Shown: in pieces, positions 38,201 through 52,044 of the stretch
Numbering within the stretch: the stretch's first letter is position 1
How the letters are laid out: every line of letters begins with the position of its first letter
Assembly (NCBI GenBank): GCA_951406725.2
Contig: OX597840.1
Span: 12,772,001 to 12,836,000, forward strand
Length of the DNA stretch: 64,000 nt
Reading direction: 5' to 3'
From: Octopus vulgaris
Taxonomy: Eukaryota
Translations under genes and position numbers: made by a program
Notes under the pieces: generated by a model
What the model was told of the DNA's origin: nothing
The model's input: only the letters and a program-made list of their open reading frames with translations
Databases searched by the model: none

Positions 38201-40845
38201 TATTATAGGATTAGTAATAGGATATTTTATGATTAATTATAGGATATTATAGGATTAATTATAGGATATTATAGGATTAATTATTGTATATTAAAGGGAT
38301 AATTATAGGATATTATAAGATTATTTGTAGGATACTATTGGATTAATTATAGGATAATACATGATTAATTATAGGATATCATAGGATTAGTTATAGGATA
38401 TAATGCGATTAGTTAAAGGATTTTCTAGGATTAATTATAGGATTAATTATAGGGTATTATAGGATTAATTATAGGATATTATAAGATTAATTATAGGATA
38501 TTATAACATTAATTATACAATATTAGAAGATTTATTATAGGATATTATAAACTTAATTATAGCATATTTTAAGATTATTTATTGGATATTATAGGAATAA
38601 TTATAGGATTTTATAGGATTAATTATAGGATATTATAGGATTGATTACCGGGTCTTTTAGGATTAGTTAATAATGGGATATTATAGATTAATTTAAGGAT
38701 ATCATAGAATTCATTATAGGATATTGTAGGATTGATTACAGGGTATTATACGATTAATTGTAGGATATTGTGGTGTTGATTAAAGATTATTATAAGATTA
38801 ATTATAGGATATTATAGGATTAATTATAGGATTTTGTAGGATTGATTACAGGGTATTATAAGATTAATTATAGGATATTATAGGATTAATTATAGGATAT
38901 TATAAGATTAATTGTAGGATATTATAGGATGAATTATAGGATTAATTATAGATATCATAAGATTAATTGTAGGATATTATTGGATTAATTATAGGATATT
39001 GTAAGATTAATTATATGATATTATCGGAATAATTCTAGGATATTATAGGATTAATTATAGGATGTTATAACATTAATTATAAGATATCATAGGATTAATT
39101 AGAGGATATTATAAGATTAATTATAGGATATTAAAGGATTAATTATAGGATATTATAAGATTAATTATAGGATATTATAGGATTAATTATAGGATATTAT
39201 AAGATTAATTATAGGATATTATAGGATTAATTATAGGATATTAGAGGATTTATTATAGGATATTATAATCTTAATTATAGGATATTATAAGATTAATTAT
39301 AGGATATTATAGGAATAATTATAGGATTTTATAGGATTAATTATAGGATATTATAGAATTAATTGTAGGATATTATGGGATTGATTAGAGGGTCTTTTAG
39401 GATTACTTAATAATGTGATAATATAGATTAATTTTAGGATATCATAGGATTAATTATAGGATATTATAGGATTGATTAATCCTTTAATAACCTATAATCA
39501 ATACCACAACATCCAATAATTAATCCTATAATACGCTGTAATAAATCCTACAATATCGTATAATTAATCCTATAATATCCTAAAAGTAATCTATAATATC
39601 CCGACAATTAATCTTATAATATCCTATATTTAATCCTATAATATCCTATAATTAATCTTATAATATCATATAATTAATCATATAATATCCTATTATTAAT
39701 CATGTAATATCCTATAATTAATCCAATAATATCCCACAATTAATTTTATAATATCCTATAATTAATCCTATAATTAATCCTATAATATGCTATAACTAAT
39801 CCTATAATATCCTATAATTTTTCCTCTAATACCCTATAATTAATCCTATAATATCCTATAATGAATCTTATAATATCCTATAATTTATCCTATAATACCC
39901 TATAATTAATCCTATAATATCCTATAATTATTCCTATAATATCCTATAATTAATCCTATAATATACTATAATTATTCCTATAATATCCTTTAATTAATCC
40001 TATAATATCCTATAATTAATCCTATAATATCCTATAATTAATCTTATAACATCCTATAATTAATCCTATGATATCCTATAATTATTCTCATAATATCCTA
40101 TAATTAATCCTATAATAACCAATAATTAATCTTATAATATCATATAATTAATCCTATAATATCCTATAATTAATCTTATAATAACCTATAATCAATACCA
40201 CAACATCCTATAATTAATTCTTTAATACCCTGTAATCAATCCTACAATATCCTATAATTAATCCTATGATATCCTAAAATTAATCTATAATATCCCATTA
40301 TTAAATAATCCTAAAAGACCCTGTTATCAATCCTATAATATCCTATAATCATTCCTATAACATCCTATAATTAATCCTATGATATCCTAGAATTATTGTT
40401 ATAATATCCTATAATTAATCCTATAATAACCAATAATTTAATCCTATAATATCCTATAATTAATCTTTTAATATCCTATAATTAAGTTTATAATATCCTT
40501 TAATTAATCCTATAAAATCCTATAATTAATCCCATCATATCCTATAATTAATCTTATAATATCCTATAATTAATCTTATAATAACCTATAATTCATCCTA
40601 TAACATCCTAGAATTAATCATATAATATCCTACTATTAATCCTATAATATCCAATAATTAAACATATAATATCCTTCAATTAATCCTATAATATCCTATA
40701 ATTAATCTTATAATATCCTACAATTAATCCTATAATATCCTATGATTAATCTTATAATATCCTATAAGTGATCCTATAATATCCTATAATCAATCCTATG
40801 ACATCCTATAATTAATCTTATAAAATCCTATAATTAATCCTATAA
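35226..40845. repeat. 22-bp satellite, ~5.6 kb, with internal inversion ~37182-39477
   Basis: Same unit as 1781-12225; the strand switches to AGGATTAATTATAGGATATTAT and back. Confidence 0.97.
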
Positions 40846-40949
40846 AAAGGCAGCACTTATTATTTTGTTGTAGGCTTTTGCTGTAAGAAATATGGTTTTT
40901 GTGAGGCCCAGTGGGCAGCAAGCAAACAGAAGAACATTTCTGGGTGGCA

Positions 40950-41880
40950 TACACTCTAGCTACACTAGTGGATATAATATTACAACCAAATATTCATCAT
41001 ATCTTTTCTTATATATATGTCTGTATCTCCAACCCGCAATCATTAAGCAATTAATTAATAAAACTAGCAGGTGTCTGTCCAATCTATCCGTTGATAAAGA
41101 CACTTTTGTAAAGGTTGCCCCAAACAATAATGCTGCATTAGAACTGTCCAGCTTTAAGGATTGCATAAACTACATTGAACCAAATGCAGATAGATCAAGA
41201 AGACACAGACAGAGGAAAATCTTATGGTTTAACACATCTTATAGCATGAATGTAGCTACTAACATAGCTAGGAGATTCTTAATATTAAAAGACATGCACT
41301 TTCTACATTCACATAAAACCCTTTTCTTCAACAGAAACACTGTTAAATTTAGCTATAGTTACCTCCTCAATATAAGGTCGATAATATTCAACCACAATAA
41401 AAATAAACACACCAGAAATATCCCTGAAAGACACAGTAACTATAGGTCTCAAATCACTGTCCTCTAAATAATAGATGTCTAGAAAAAGAAAAGTATATAC
41501 GAGACGAAAAATCATGAATCTCAATGGAGTAACAATGGCATATATCAGAATATCAGGCACCTCGTTCAAGAAAAAATAGACACAACACCTGGTGCCATTT
41601 AGGGACAAAAATGAAAGCGATATGTTACATCCCTATCCTATATGATAGGGATACTGAAAGACGGGAAGTAAGCAACCCCCAAATAACATGGAACATCATT
41701 GCTTAAGCCAGAAAATACAGGGGACAAGTACCAAATGTGAACTCTGTATCACTAAAAATCTAAATATAATCCAGTCAATAGATAACATTTTTAATATTAG
41801 GGATGATACCTTCTCTCCCTGCATACAAAAGTGATATTTTACACTCTGACATTTCAAAAAGGAACCACCACTCACTCCAC
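40950..41880 (+). mobile_element. Penelope-like 3' fragment (duplicate of 12330-13260)
   Basis: ORF 40892-41467: PAIIKQL...RRHRQRKILWFNTSYSMNVATNIARRFL...NRNTVKFSYS. Confidence 0.8.
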
Positions 41881-41929
41881 CATTCTCAACAGGATAGTTT
41901 CTTTGCCAGAAAAAATTTATTATACAGAT

Positions 41930-42422
41930 ATTGTGGCCAAGAGGAATCAAATATGAAAGAAAGAACACTGCGCAGGTACAGACATGTGAAGCATATGGAT
42001 GAGGGCAGCTTTATAAAAAAGAGCCAATCACTAAATGTAGCTAGATCTTCTAGAAAAGGAAGACCCAGAAAGACAGGACACAGAGTGGTGGAGGCTGACT
42101 TCAGGACTCTGAGCCTCACAAAGGTAATGACAAAGCACCAGAATATCTGGTGATATGTGGTTCTCAAGAACAACTGCACGCAAGGTGGTGAGCTGGCTGA
42201 AATGTTAGCACACCAGCCGACATGATTACTGGAATTTCGTCTGCCGTTACATTCTGAGTTCAAATTCTACCAAGGTCGACTTTGCCTTTCATCCTTCAGG
42301 GTCGATTAAATAAGTACCAGTTACATACTGGGGTCGATGTAATCGACTTAATCTCTTTGTATGTCCTTGTTTGTCCCCTTTGTGTGCATGTATTGCATAT
42401 GTTTATATGTGTGTCTATATAC

Positions 42423-42463
<41 letters not shown>

Positions 42464-42563
42464 TAGATAGATAGATAGACAGGTAGAGAGACAGATACAT
42501 GCATACATACATACATGTATATATGTATATACATATATGTATATCTATATCTACATATCTGTC

Positions 42564-42608
<45 letters not shown>

Positions 42609-43517
42609 AATATCCTGGTATCTTGGTATGAGATCACAATGATGTGCACATATGAAAAATTATTTGGATATTACGATATTTTTCTTAATATGAAACCAAT
42701 GGTAATATCATCATCATCATCATCATCGTTTAACGTCCGTTTTCCACGCTAGCATGGGTTGGACGGTTCAACTGGGGTCTGGGAAGCCAGGAGGCTGCAC
42801 CAGGCTCCAGTCTGATCTGGCAGTGTTTCTACAGCTGGATGCCCTTCCTAACGCCAACCACTCCACGAGTGTAGTGGGTGCTTTTTACGTCCCACCGGCA
42901 CATGTGCCAGGGGAGTCTGGCATCGGCCACGATCAGATGGCGCTTTTAACGTACCACCGGCACAGGTATCACAGCTACTATTTCCATTGATATTTATTTC
43001 GATGTTCATGTTCATGTACTTGACTCAAATAGGTCTCCTCAAGCACAGTGGTGTTCGGATGGTGTCTTAAGATATGGGGTGTGTGTGTGTGTGTGTGTGT
43101 ACACAGATACAGACCTATATAAGAAAAGATCTGATGAATATTTGGTTGTAATGTTATATACACTAGCGTAGCTAGAGTGTATAATATATAAATATATATA
43201 TATATTATACACATGCACACACACACATGCATCCAAACACCACTTCATTCACTGCAATACCAAGATTAACATAAAAATTTAACCAGTTCAACCAGGAAGC
43301 ATATTACAGTGAAGACCCTGACGAAACTACATTGCTTGCACATATATATATATATGTGGCTGTGTAGTAAGTAGCTTGCTTACCAACCACATGGTTCTGG
43401 GTTCAGTCCCACTGCATGGCACCTTGGGCAAGTGTCTTATGCTATAGCCCCGGGCCAACCAATGCCTTGTGAGTGGATTTGGTAGACGGAAACTGAAAGA
43501 AGCCTGTCGTATATAGG

Positions 43518-43556
<39 letters not shown>

Positions 43557-43985
43557 TTGTGTATCTGTGTTTGTCCCCCCTAGCATTGCTTGACAACCAA
43601 TGCTGGTGTGTTTACGTCCCCGTCACTTAGCAGTTCGGCAAAAGAGACCAATAGAATAAGTACTGGTCTTACAAAGAATAAGTCTCGGGTTCGAGTTGCT
43701 CGATTAAAGGTGGTGCTCCAGCATGGCTGCAGTCAAATGACTGAAGCAAGTAAAAGAGTAAAAAGTGTATACTCTTTACTCTCTACTCTTTTACTTGTTT
43801 TAGTCATGTGACTGTGGCCATGCTGGTGCACCGCTTTTAGTCAAGCAAATCTACCCCAGGATTTATTCTTTGCAAGTCTAGTATTTATTCTATCAGTCTC
43901 TTTTGCTGAACTGCTAAGTTACGGGGACATAAATACACCAGCATCGGTTGTCAAGTAATGTTGGGGGGGTACAAACACAGACACA
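41930..43985. mobile_element. Duplicate of the RTE fragment / SINE 1 / RTE tail / paired SINE 2 cluster at 13310-15365
   Basis: Near-identical sequence and order. Confidence 0.85.
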
Positions 43986-43998
43986 CATACATACATAT

Positions 43999-44052
<54 letters not shown>

Positions 44053-44057
44053 TATAT

Positions 44058-45335
44058 ACTCAAATGTGGAAGTGATATATCTCGACTTTGCAAAGGCCTT
44101 TGATAAAGTCGATCATGGAATGATATGTCACAAACTGTGTGATCTTGGCACAGTTGGAAAATTGGGAGAATGGCTTCATGACTTTCTGAAGGATAGAAGT
44201 CAGGTGGTAGTAGCCAATGGGGCCACCTCCAGTAACACGCAAATAGTGAGTGGAGTTCCGCAAGGCACTGTTTTGGGACCACTGCTTTTCATAATAGCCC
44301 TCTCAGACATGCCCTCAGCCACGCAGAGAGCCACGATCACAAGTTATGCAGATGATACAAAAGTTTCACAGGTAATACAGAACCCTGAAGACGCTATGCC
44401 TTTGCAATGTGAGCTGGACAAAATATACAAGTGGACTGAAAAGAATAGCATGCAGTTCAATGCTGAAAAGTTTCAAGCTTTATGCTATCAGCATGCAAAA
44501 CTATATGCAATACACATTAAATACACTGGACCTGGAGGGATTGCAATCCCAGAGGCACAATCAGTGCGAGATCTGGGTATTTACATGAGTAATGATGCAA
44601 CCTTTCATGTGCATGTTGCTAAATTGGCAATGAAATGTAGGCGGCTGACCGGATGGATTCTTAGAACCTTTAGAACAAGAGACCAGGAAACCATGATGGT
44701 CCGCTGGAAGACACTTGTCCTAAGCCACTTTGACTATTGCTCTCAGCTATGGTCACCATCCAGTGTCAAATTAATCACAGAACTTGAGGCAATCCAATGA
44801 AGCTACTCAAAGAAGATAGCCTCTGTGCAGCATATAAGCTATTGGGAAAGACTCAAGAGATTAAGACTCTATTCCTTAGAGCGAATGTGTGAAAGATATG
44901 CTATAATATACATCTGGAAGATCCTGGAAGGACTTGTCCCAAACTTTGACATCGAGAGTTACACGAATACTAGAACTGGGTGCCACTACATAGTGCCAAG
45001 GACTCCAAATTTGCCATCAAAATGTAGGAAAAGATAACGTGATAGCTTGGGTTTCAGAGGTCCACAGCTCTTCATTATCCTCCTGAAGGACCTGAGAGAC
45101 CTGCATGGGGTGGATGCAGATGTCTTTAAAATAAAGCTGGACCTCTTCCTGTCAGGTGTCCCAGATGAACCAACTTCACGGCAGGAGGTGCAGATGAGGG
45201 CAGCTGCATCGAACTCTCTCATACACCAAATGTTAATTGCTAAAAAGCATTCGTGAAGTAAAATAATGTAGCAACACTGAATGGCGGTGCCCCAGCATGG
45301 CCACAGCTCATGAGCTGAAACTAGATGAAATAAAA
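44058..45335 (+). mobile_element. CR1-group LINE, 5' truncated (RT domain to 3' end)
   Basis: YLDFAKAFDKVDH, SGVPQGTVLGPLLF, YADDTK, VRDLGIY, DYCSQLWSP, SYWERLKRLRLYSLER; in-frame stops; 3' stem-loop CAGCTCATGAGCTG. Confidence 0.9.
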
Positions 45336-45364
45336 AATGATATATATATATATATATATACATA

Positions 45365-45527
45365 TATATAACGGGCTGCTTTAGGTTTCCGTCTACCAAA
45401 TCCACTCACAAGGCTTTGGTCAGCCCAAGGCTATAGCAGAAGACACTTGCCCAAGATGCCATGCAGTGGAACTGAACCCCGAACCATGTGGTTGGTAAGC
45501 AAGCTACTTACCACACAGCCACTCCTA
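45365..45527 (-). mobile_element. SINE family 2, 5' half
   Basis: Reverse complement of the head (cttaccacacagccactcct). Confidence 0.8.
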
Positions 45528-45811
45528 AACCTGCATATATATCACATGTAAACCAAAACTCCTAATGATTACTTTCAGGAGTCCAGCACTTATTTTGGAC
45601 ATACTTGTACAACACTCTATTGACAGTTTCCTTTGCACTTACAACGAAACTCTGTATGACATACCATAAAACATACACAACGAACTCACAATGTATCGGA
45701 GAACTTATTTTTTAATTTTTGTACATTTTTATCATTATTCTTTTGCAAAAAACAATGCAATTTTCTTTTTTTCCCCTTTCTAATTTTTAAAAAAACGTTT
45801 TAAAACATAAA

Positions 45812-45852
45812 TATTCTTGACAAGTCATACAATGACGAAAACCGGTTGAATA
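45812..45852 (+). ncRNA. Decayed minimal type I hammerhead
   Basis: TATTC-ttGACaA-GTCA(tacaa)TGAC-GAAA-aCCGG-TT-GAATA; perfect stems I and II and a palindromic CCGG stem III, core mutated from CTGACGA. Confidence 0.5.
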
Positions 45853-45943
45853 AATATATATTTATATATTTTATCAATTTCTCATTTTATTAAAATTTTC
45901 TTTCATTTGAGCATTCTGCATTTTAAAAAAATTTTTTCCTTAC

Positions 45944-46937
<994 letters not shown>

Positions 46938-47263
46938 TATATATATATAAATTAAAAATAAAATATTAGGGAATAAATCCAAACTTACAGGGAAAAATCA
47001 GATTTAGGATTAAATCCAATTTTATAGTATAAATATATTATATATGTTATATTATATTAAATTAGAGATAAAACCACTATTAGGCAAATCAAATAATGAA
47101 AAACATTAGTCAATATATAAAATTAATTAATTTATATTATTTTAAAATATTTTAAAATAATATAAATTAATTAATTTTATGTATTGGCTTATGTTTTTCA
47201 TTATTTGATTTGCCTAATAGTGGTTTTATCTCTAATTTAATATAATATATATATATATATATA

Positions 47264-48068
47264 CTAGCAGCATAGCCCGGCGTTGCCCGGGTATGTAAGA
47301 GCCCCTAGTAGGCAACGACTAATCCCAATCTAGTCCTTTCCCTCTAGGGAACGAAGGCGCATGTGTAGGTTGCAATGTCTTCTCTTCACTCCCAAATAAC
47401 TATCAAACAGCTATCGATAATTCAACCCAGCCAATTCCTACCAGGAAGAAATTACATTCGAGACTTTACCCCCAACACCGTCACTTCTGCTAATAGCTGC
47501 TGCAGCCGCAAGTTATTCGAATACTGTTTTTGTTTACACTTTCTTTATAACTACCACCCCAAACGTTTTACCTTAAATTTTTGACGTACCCTAAGGGTCC
47601 TCGGACGCTACTTGCAAACTCTTGGTTTATTATAAACCGCTTTTGTCGTGTGCACCAAAAAACCTTTTCCATTCGTTCGTTCAGTTTTGTCACTTTTGAC
47701 TTTTTCGTTGTTGTCACTCACATTGCTGCCCGCTTTTTTGCCGTTTTTGTACATTTTTATACATTTTGGGATAATTACCCCACGTGTTCCGAGAGTTAAA
47801 AAGGTCGAGTTGCGTCTCCTAGACAGTCTGTAGAAAATGTGTTGCATATAAAAAGCTTAGATTCTCGAGCCATGTCGAATTTATCGATTTTGTTTCAGAA
47901 CTGGGGGAACTTTTCAAAATTTTCGCTGCGTTAGTTTTGAATTATGACATTGGGCTATGTGTGTGTCAAGTTTCATCAGAATCGGTTGAAAGCCGTGGTC
48001 AGGGTGAGGGTACAACCTGACAGACACACAGACACAGAGACAGACAAACTGCCGTTTATATATAGAGA
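47264..48068 (-). mobile_element. Non-autonomous Helitron
   Basis: Minus strand 5' TCTCTATATATAAACGGCAG; 3' hairpin CCCGGgcaacgCCGGG then ctatgctgCTAG|T. Confidence 0.8.
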
Positions 48069-48079
48069 GATATGTATAT

Positions 48080-48114
<35 letters not shown>

Positions 48115-48132
48115 ACACACATATATATATGA

Positions 48133-48512
48133 CTAGCAGTATCGCCCGGCGTTGCTCAGGTTTGTAAGGGAAATAACTATAAAGCATTTTTAGAGAGTTA
48201 TAGCCAAAAAACAGCAAAAAAATGGAAAAAAATGATGGTAAATTTTTTTTTGATAGTTAAAAAGGTGGAGTTGCGTCCCCTAGACAGTCTGTGGTTTGTG
48301 TTCCTGATTCTCGACCCCATGTCGAATTTATCGATTTTTTTCAGAACTGGGGGAACTTTTCAAAATTTTCGCTGTGTTAGTTTTGAATTATGACATTGGG
48401 CTATGTGTGTGTCAAGTTTCATCAGAATCGGTTGAAAGCCGTGGTCAGGGTGAGGGTACAAGCAAACAGACACACAGAAACACGCACAGACAAACTGCCG
48501 TTTATATAGAGA
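48133..48512 (-). mobile_element. Shorter Helitron of the same family, in tandem
   Basis: Shares the 5' ~260 bp with 47264-48068; hairpin plus CTAG end. Confidence 0.8.
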
Positions 48513-48545
48513 TATATATATATATATATATGTATATGTATATAT

Positions 48546-48637
<92 letters not shown>

Positions 48638-48640
48638 ATG

Positions 48641-48681
<41 letters not shown>

Positions 48682-48683
48682 AT

Positions 48684-48762
<79 letters not shown>

Positions 48763-48764
<2 letters not shown>

Positions 48765-49087
48765 TGGCCCCGTGTCGGTGGCACGTAAAAGCACCATCCG
48801 TTCGTGTCCGTTGCCAGCATCGCCTGGCCCCGTGCCGGTGACACGTAAAAGCACCATCCGTTCATGGCCGTTCGCCAGCTCTGTCTGGCACCTGTGCAGG
48901 TGGCACGTAGAAAACACCCACTACACTCGCGGAGTGGTTGGCGTTAGGAAGGGCATCCAGCCGTAGAAACACTGCCAGATTTGACTGGGCCTGACGAAGC
49001 CTTCCAGCTTCACAGACCCCAGTTGACCCGTCCAACCCATGCTAGCATGGAAAACGGACGCTAAACGATGATGATGATGATGATGAT
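48763..49087 (+). mobile_element. RTE-type 3' end with (GAT)n tail
   Basis: Inverted relative to 46053-46330. Confidence 0.75.
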
Positions 49088-49920
49088 ATGTATATATATA
49101 TACATATATATATACACATATATAGATATATACACATATATATATATATATATACATATTTATATAAATATTGAGGTTATAAGTGCTTATGTATATATAT
49201 ATATATACACACACACACAGAAAGAAAGAGAGATATGCATATCTATATATATATGTGCGTTTGTATGCACGTGTATGTACATACATACATTCATAATATA
49301 GAGAAAAACGGAATAGTTCACCTAAAACTCATGCATGCCATGTGTTTGGCGGTTTTTAATTATTTAAACAAATCTACAGTATTTGTTGCATGTTGATTCG
49401 GAGTTCAGCACGCTACAATATGTATCATCAGTGGATTATATATCCGAAAAAGAAGACACTCTAAATGTAAGACACATAACGTGCTTACAGAATTGACCAA
49501 TGGCTTGCATTCATAAAGAACTATAAAGCTAAGTGCTGTAAGCATGCAGAACCATTCCATATATAGAGTGACCAGCCATATAATTAGCTTCCAATAAATT
49601 TATATGTATATGTATATTTAATTTAAAATTTAATAAGGGTAGAAATTGATATTAATCAATTAAAACCAGTGGCCCAGCATACAAAATTTAAAGGACTGAC
49701 CACTAAAAGTGGACGGTCAACATGCTAGATATAGACGTCAAGTCGCTATTTTCCACGAAGAATATGTTCTCAAATAAAAACTCAGCACAAAACCAAAGCA
49801 TTAAAAATATTTTATTTATTTGAGAACATTTTTTGTGGAAAATAGCGATTTGACGTCTATATCTAGCATTTTTGAGTGGTCAGTACTTTATGTATGTATA
49901 TGTATATATAGTCAACATAC

Positions 49921-50034
49921 CTGGAGATTGCGATAACCAACAAATGGAGGAATCACTTTTCTTTCTTCATAATCACCTCCAAAACCAGCTTTACACATAT
50001 ATGATCCATTATCAATAACAATGGAAGCAACCAT
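49921..50034 (-). CDS. Divergent actin-like gene B, coding exon 1 (38 codons)
   Basis: [38 protein letters not shown]|gtatgt; the first 26 codons are identical to gene A. Confidence 0.88.
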
Positions 50035-50510
50035 GCTTGTGTTTTTAGGTTGGATAGAATATTTCTGGCTGATGTATAGAAATATTAATGTTCAGTTTCT
50101 TAGTGTTGTGGCTTGTGGGATGTGAGCTTGTCTCAAATTTAGCTTCTGGTCCTTGGTAAGAGTAAAAATGTTATGGGAAAACAGGTACGATAGTAATTTA
50201 TATACGTTTCATATTCTGTTGAACTGACCAATAAATTTTACTGTTTGCAAAACAAGGAAGTTTTCTTCATAGAAAATATGTATATGTTTTCAGTAACTAG
50301 AAACAAAGATGTTTAAAAAAATGTGATAAACCATACATTTGTTCACGTGATATTATTGTATAAATATTTTAGAACAAACAATTCTTCCTTGTAAGAGATT
50401 TTCTTCACTGGAATTCTCTTCCTGGTCCTATCTATCTATATATATATATATATATATAATATACATATATGAATATATATGTATGTATCTATATATATCT
50501 ATGTGTGTGT

Positions 50511-50545
<35 letters not shown>

Positions 50546-50742
50546 CATACATATATGTATGTATATATATATATATACATATATATACACACACATATAT
50601 ATACACATACACATCACACACACATATAGATATATACAAGTTTGTATATACAAATATGTTTATAAATCTATATGTATTTATAAGTTTATATACAAACACA
50701 TATGTCCACAAACACACATATATACTTATATACACATATATA

Positions 50743-51350
50743 CAGGGTGAGATGGGTAAATTGTCTCCATTTTATATTTTTTATTTTACGCATGCTCATT
50801 GTTTGTTTTTAATTTTCTCAACTACACAGCATAGTAGGGTCAGTTGGGCACCATCTGTGAGGAAAACAATACTATGGCCAGAAATTTTAAAATGACATGC
50901 TGTATAGCTTGGCATTCATTCTTGAAGCTATTTCCCCTATGAACATTTCGGATTGTTTGGGTGTCAATCTGAGGACAGCGCAGAGAATTCAGGAAGAGTT
51001 TGAATGAGTCTATTGTTGATTATGAAGATATGGCAGCTCAAAATCTCACTCTGATCATTCTGATAAGAAAAGAACTCCTGACCTTGTTGGTGAGGTTCAA
51101 GGCATGGATTGATAACGACCCCTTCCAAGACAATCAGTTCCATCACCAGGGACATGGGAATGTCTGAGTTTCTTATCAGACAGGTAGTGTGTGAAGCAAT
51201 TTGGTATTCCTCATACAAGACGAGAAACAACCAGTTTTTATCCCAAGCCATTAAGGACAAGAGGAAAGACTCCTCTACGAAGTTTTTGAACAAACTCAAG
51301 CATCCCCTCCAACCGAACATGCATTGGTTTTTCTCTGACAAGAAAATTTT
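50743..51350 (+). mobile_element. Left half of the maT-like transposon, truncated by a deletion
   Basis: Matches 19359-19952, then joins sequence matching 24208 onward. Confidence 0.85.
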
Positions 51351-51718
51351 CAGCAACTGAAAAGGGCCTACAAAGGTCTTAGGGGTTGCTTCTACCTCCA
51401 GATCCTAGAAGGGAAGAGAAAAAGGAAAAAGAAACACCTTCACAAATTGATAATGGGTGATTCTAGATTAATAACTCAACTCTGGGGACCAAATTATTTT
51501 CTATTTCATAAATAGGTGCAGGTATTAAGGCGGCGAGCTGACAGAAACTTCTTTCCATGCAGGAAATGAGGAACAGGTAGACAGCCGACAACTGATGAAG
51601 GGTCATCCTTTATATTAAATATCCTGTTTTCCAATTTTTTGTCTCGTTCAGTATTTAATTCATTTGTTTTTGTATTTCATGTTGTTTACTATTGGTGATA
51701 TCTTGTACCCATATATAC

Positions 51719-51778
<60 letters not shown>

Positions 51779-51849
51779 ATATATATGTATATATATATAT
51801 ATGTATATATATATATGTATATATATATGTATATATATATATGTATATA

Positions 51850-51911
<62 letters not shown>

Positions 51912-52044
51912 TATATATATATATATATTGTATGTATATATATATATGTATATATATATATGTATATATATATATGTATATATATATGTATATATATATA
52001 TATGTGTGTGTGTATATATATATATATATTATTTCATTTGATAT

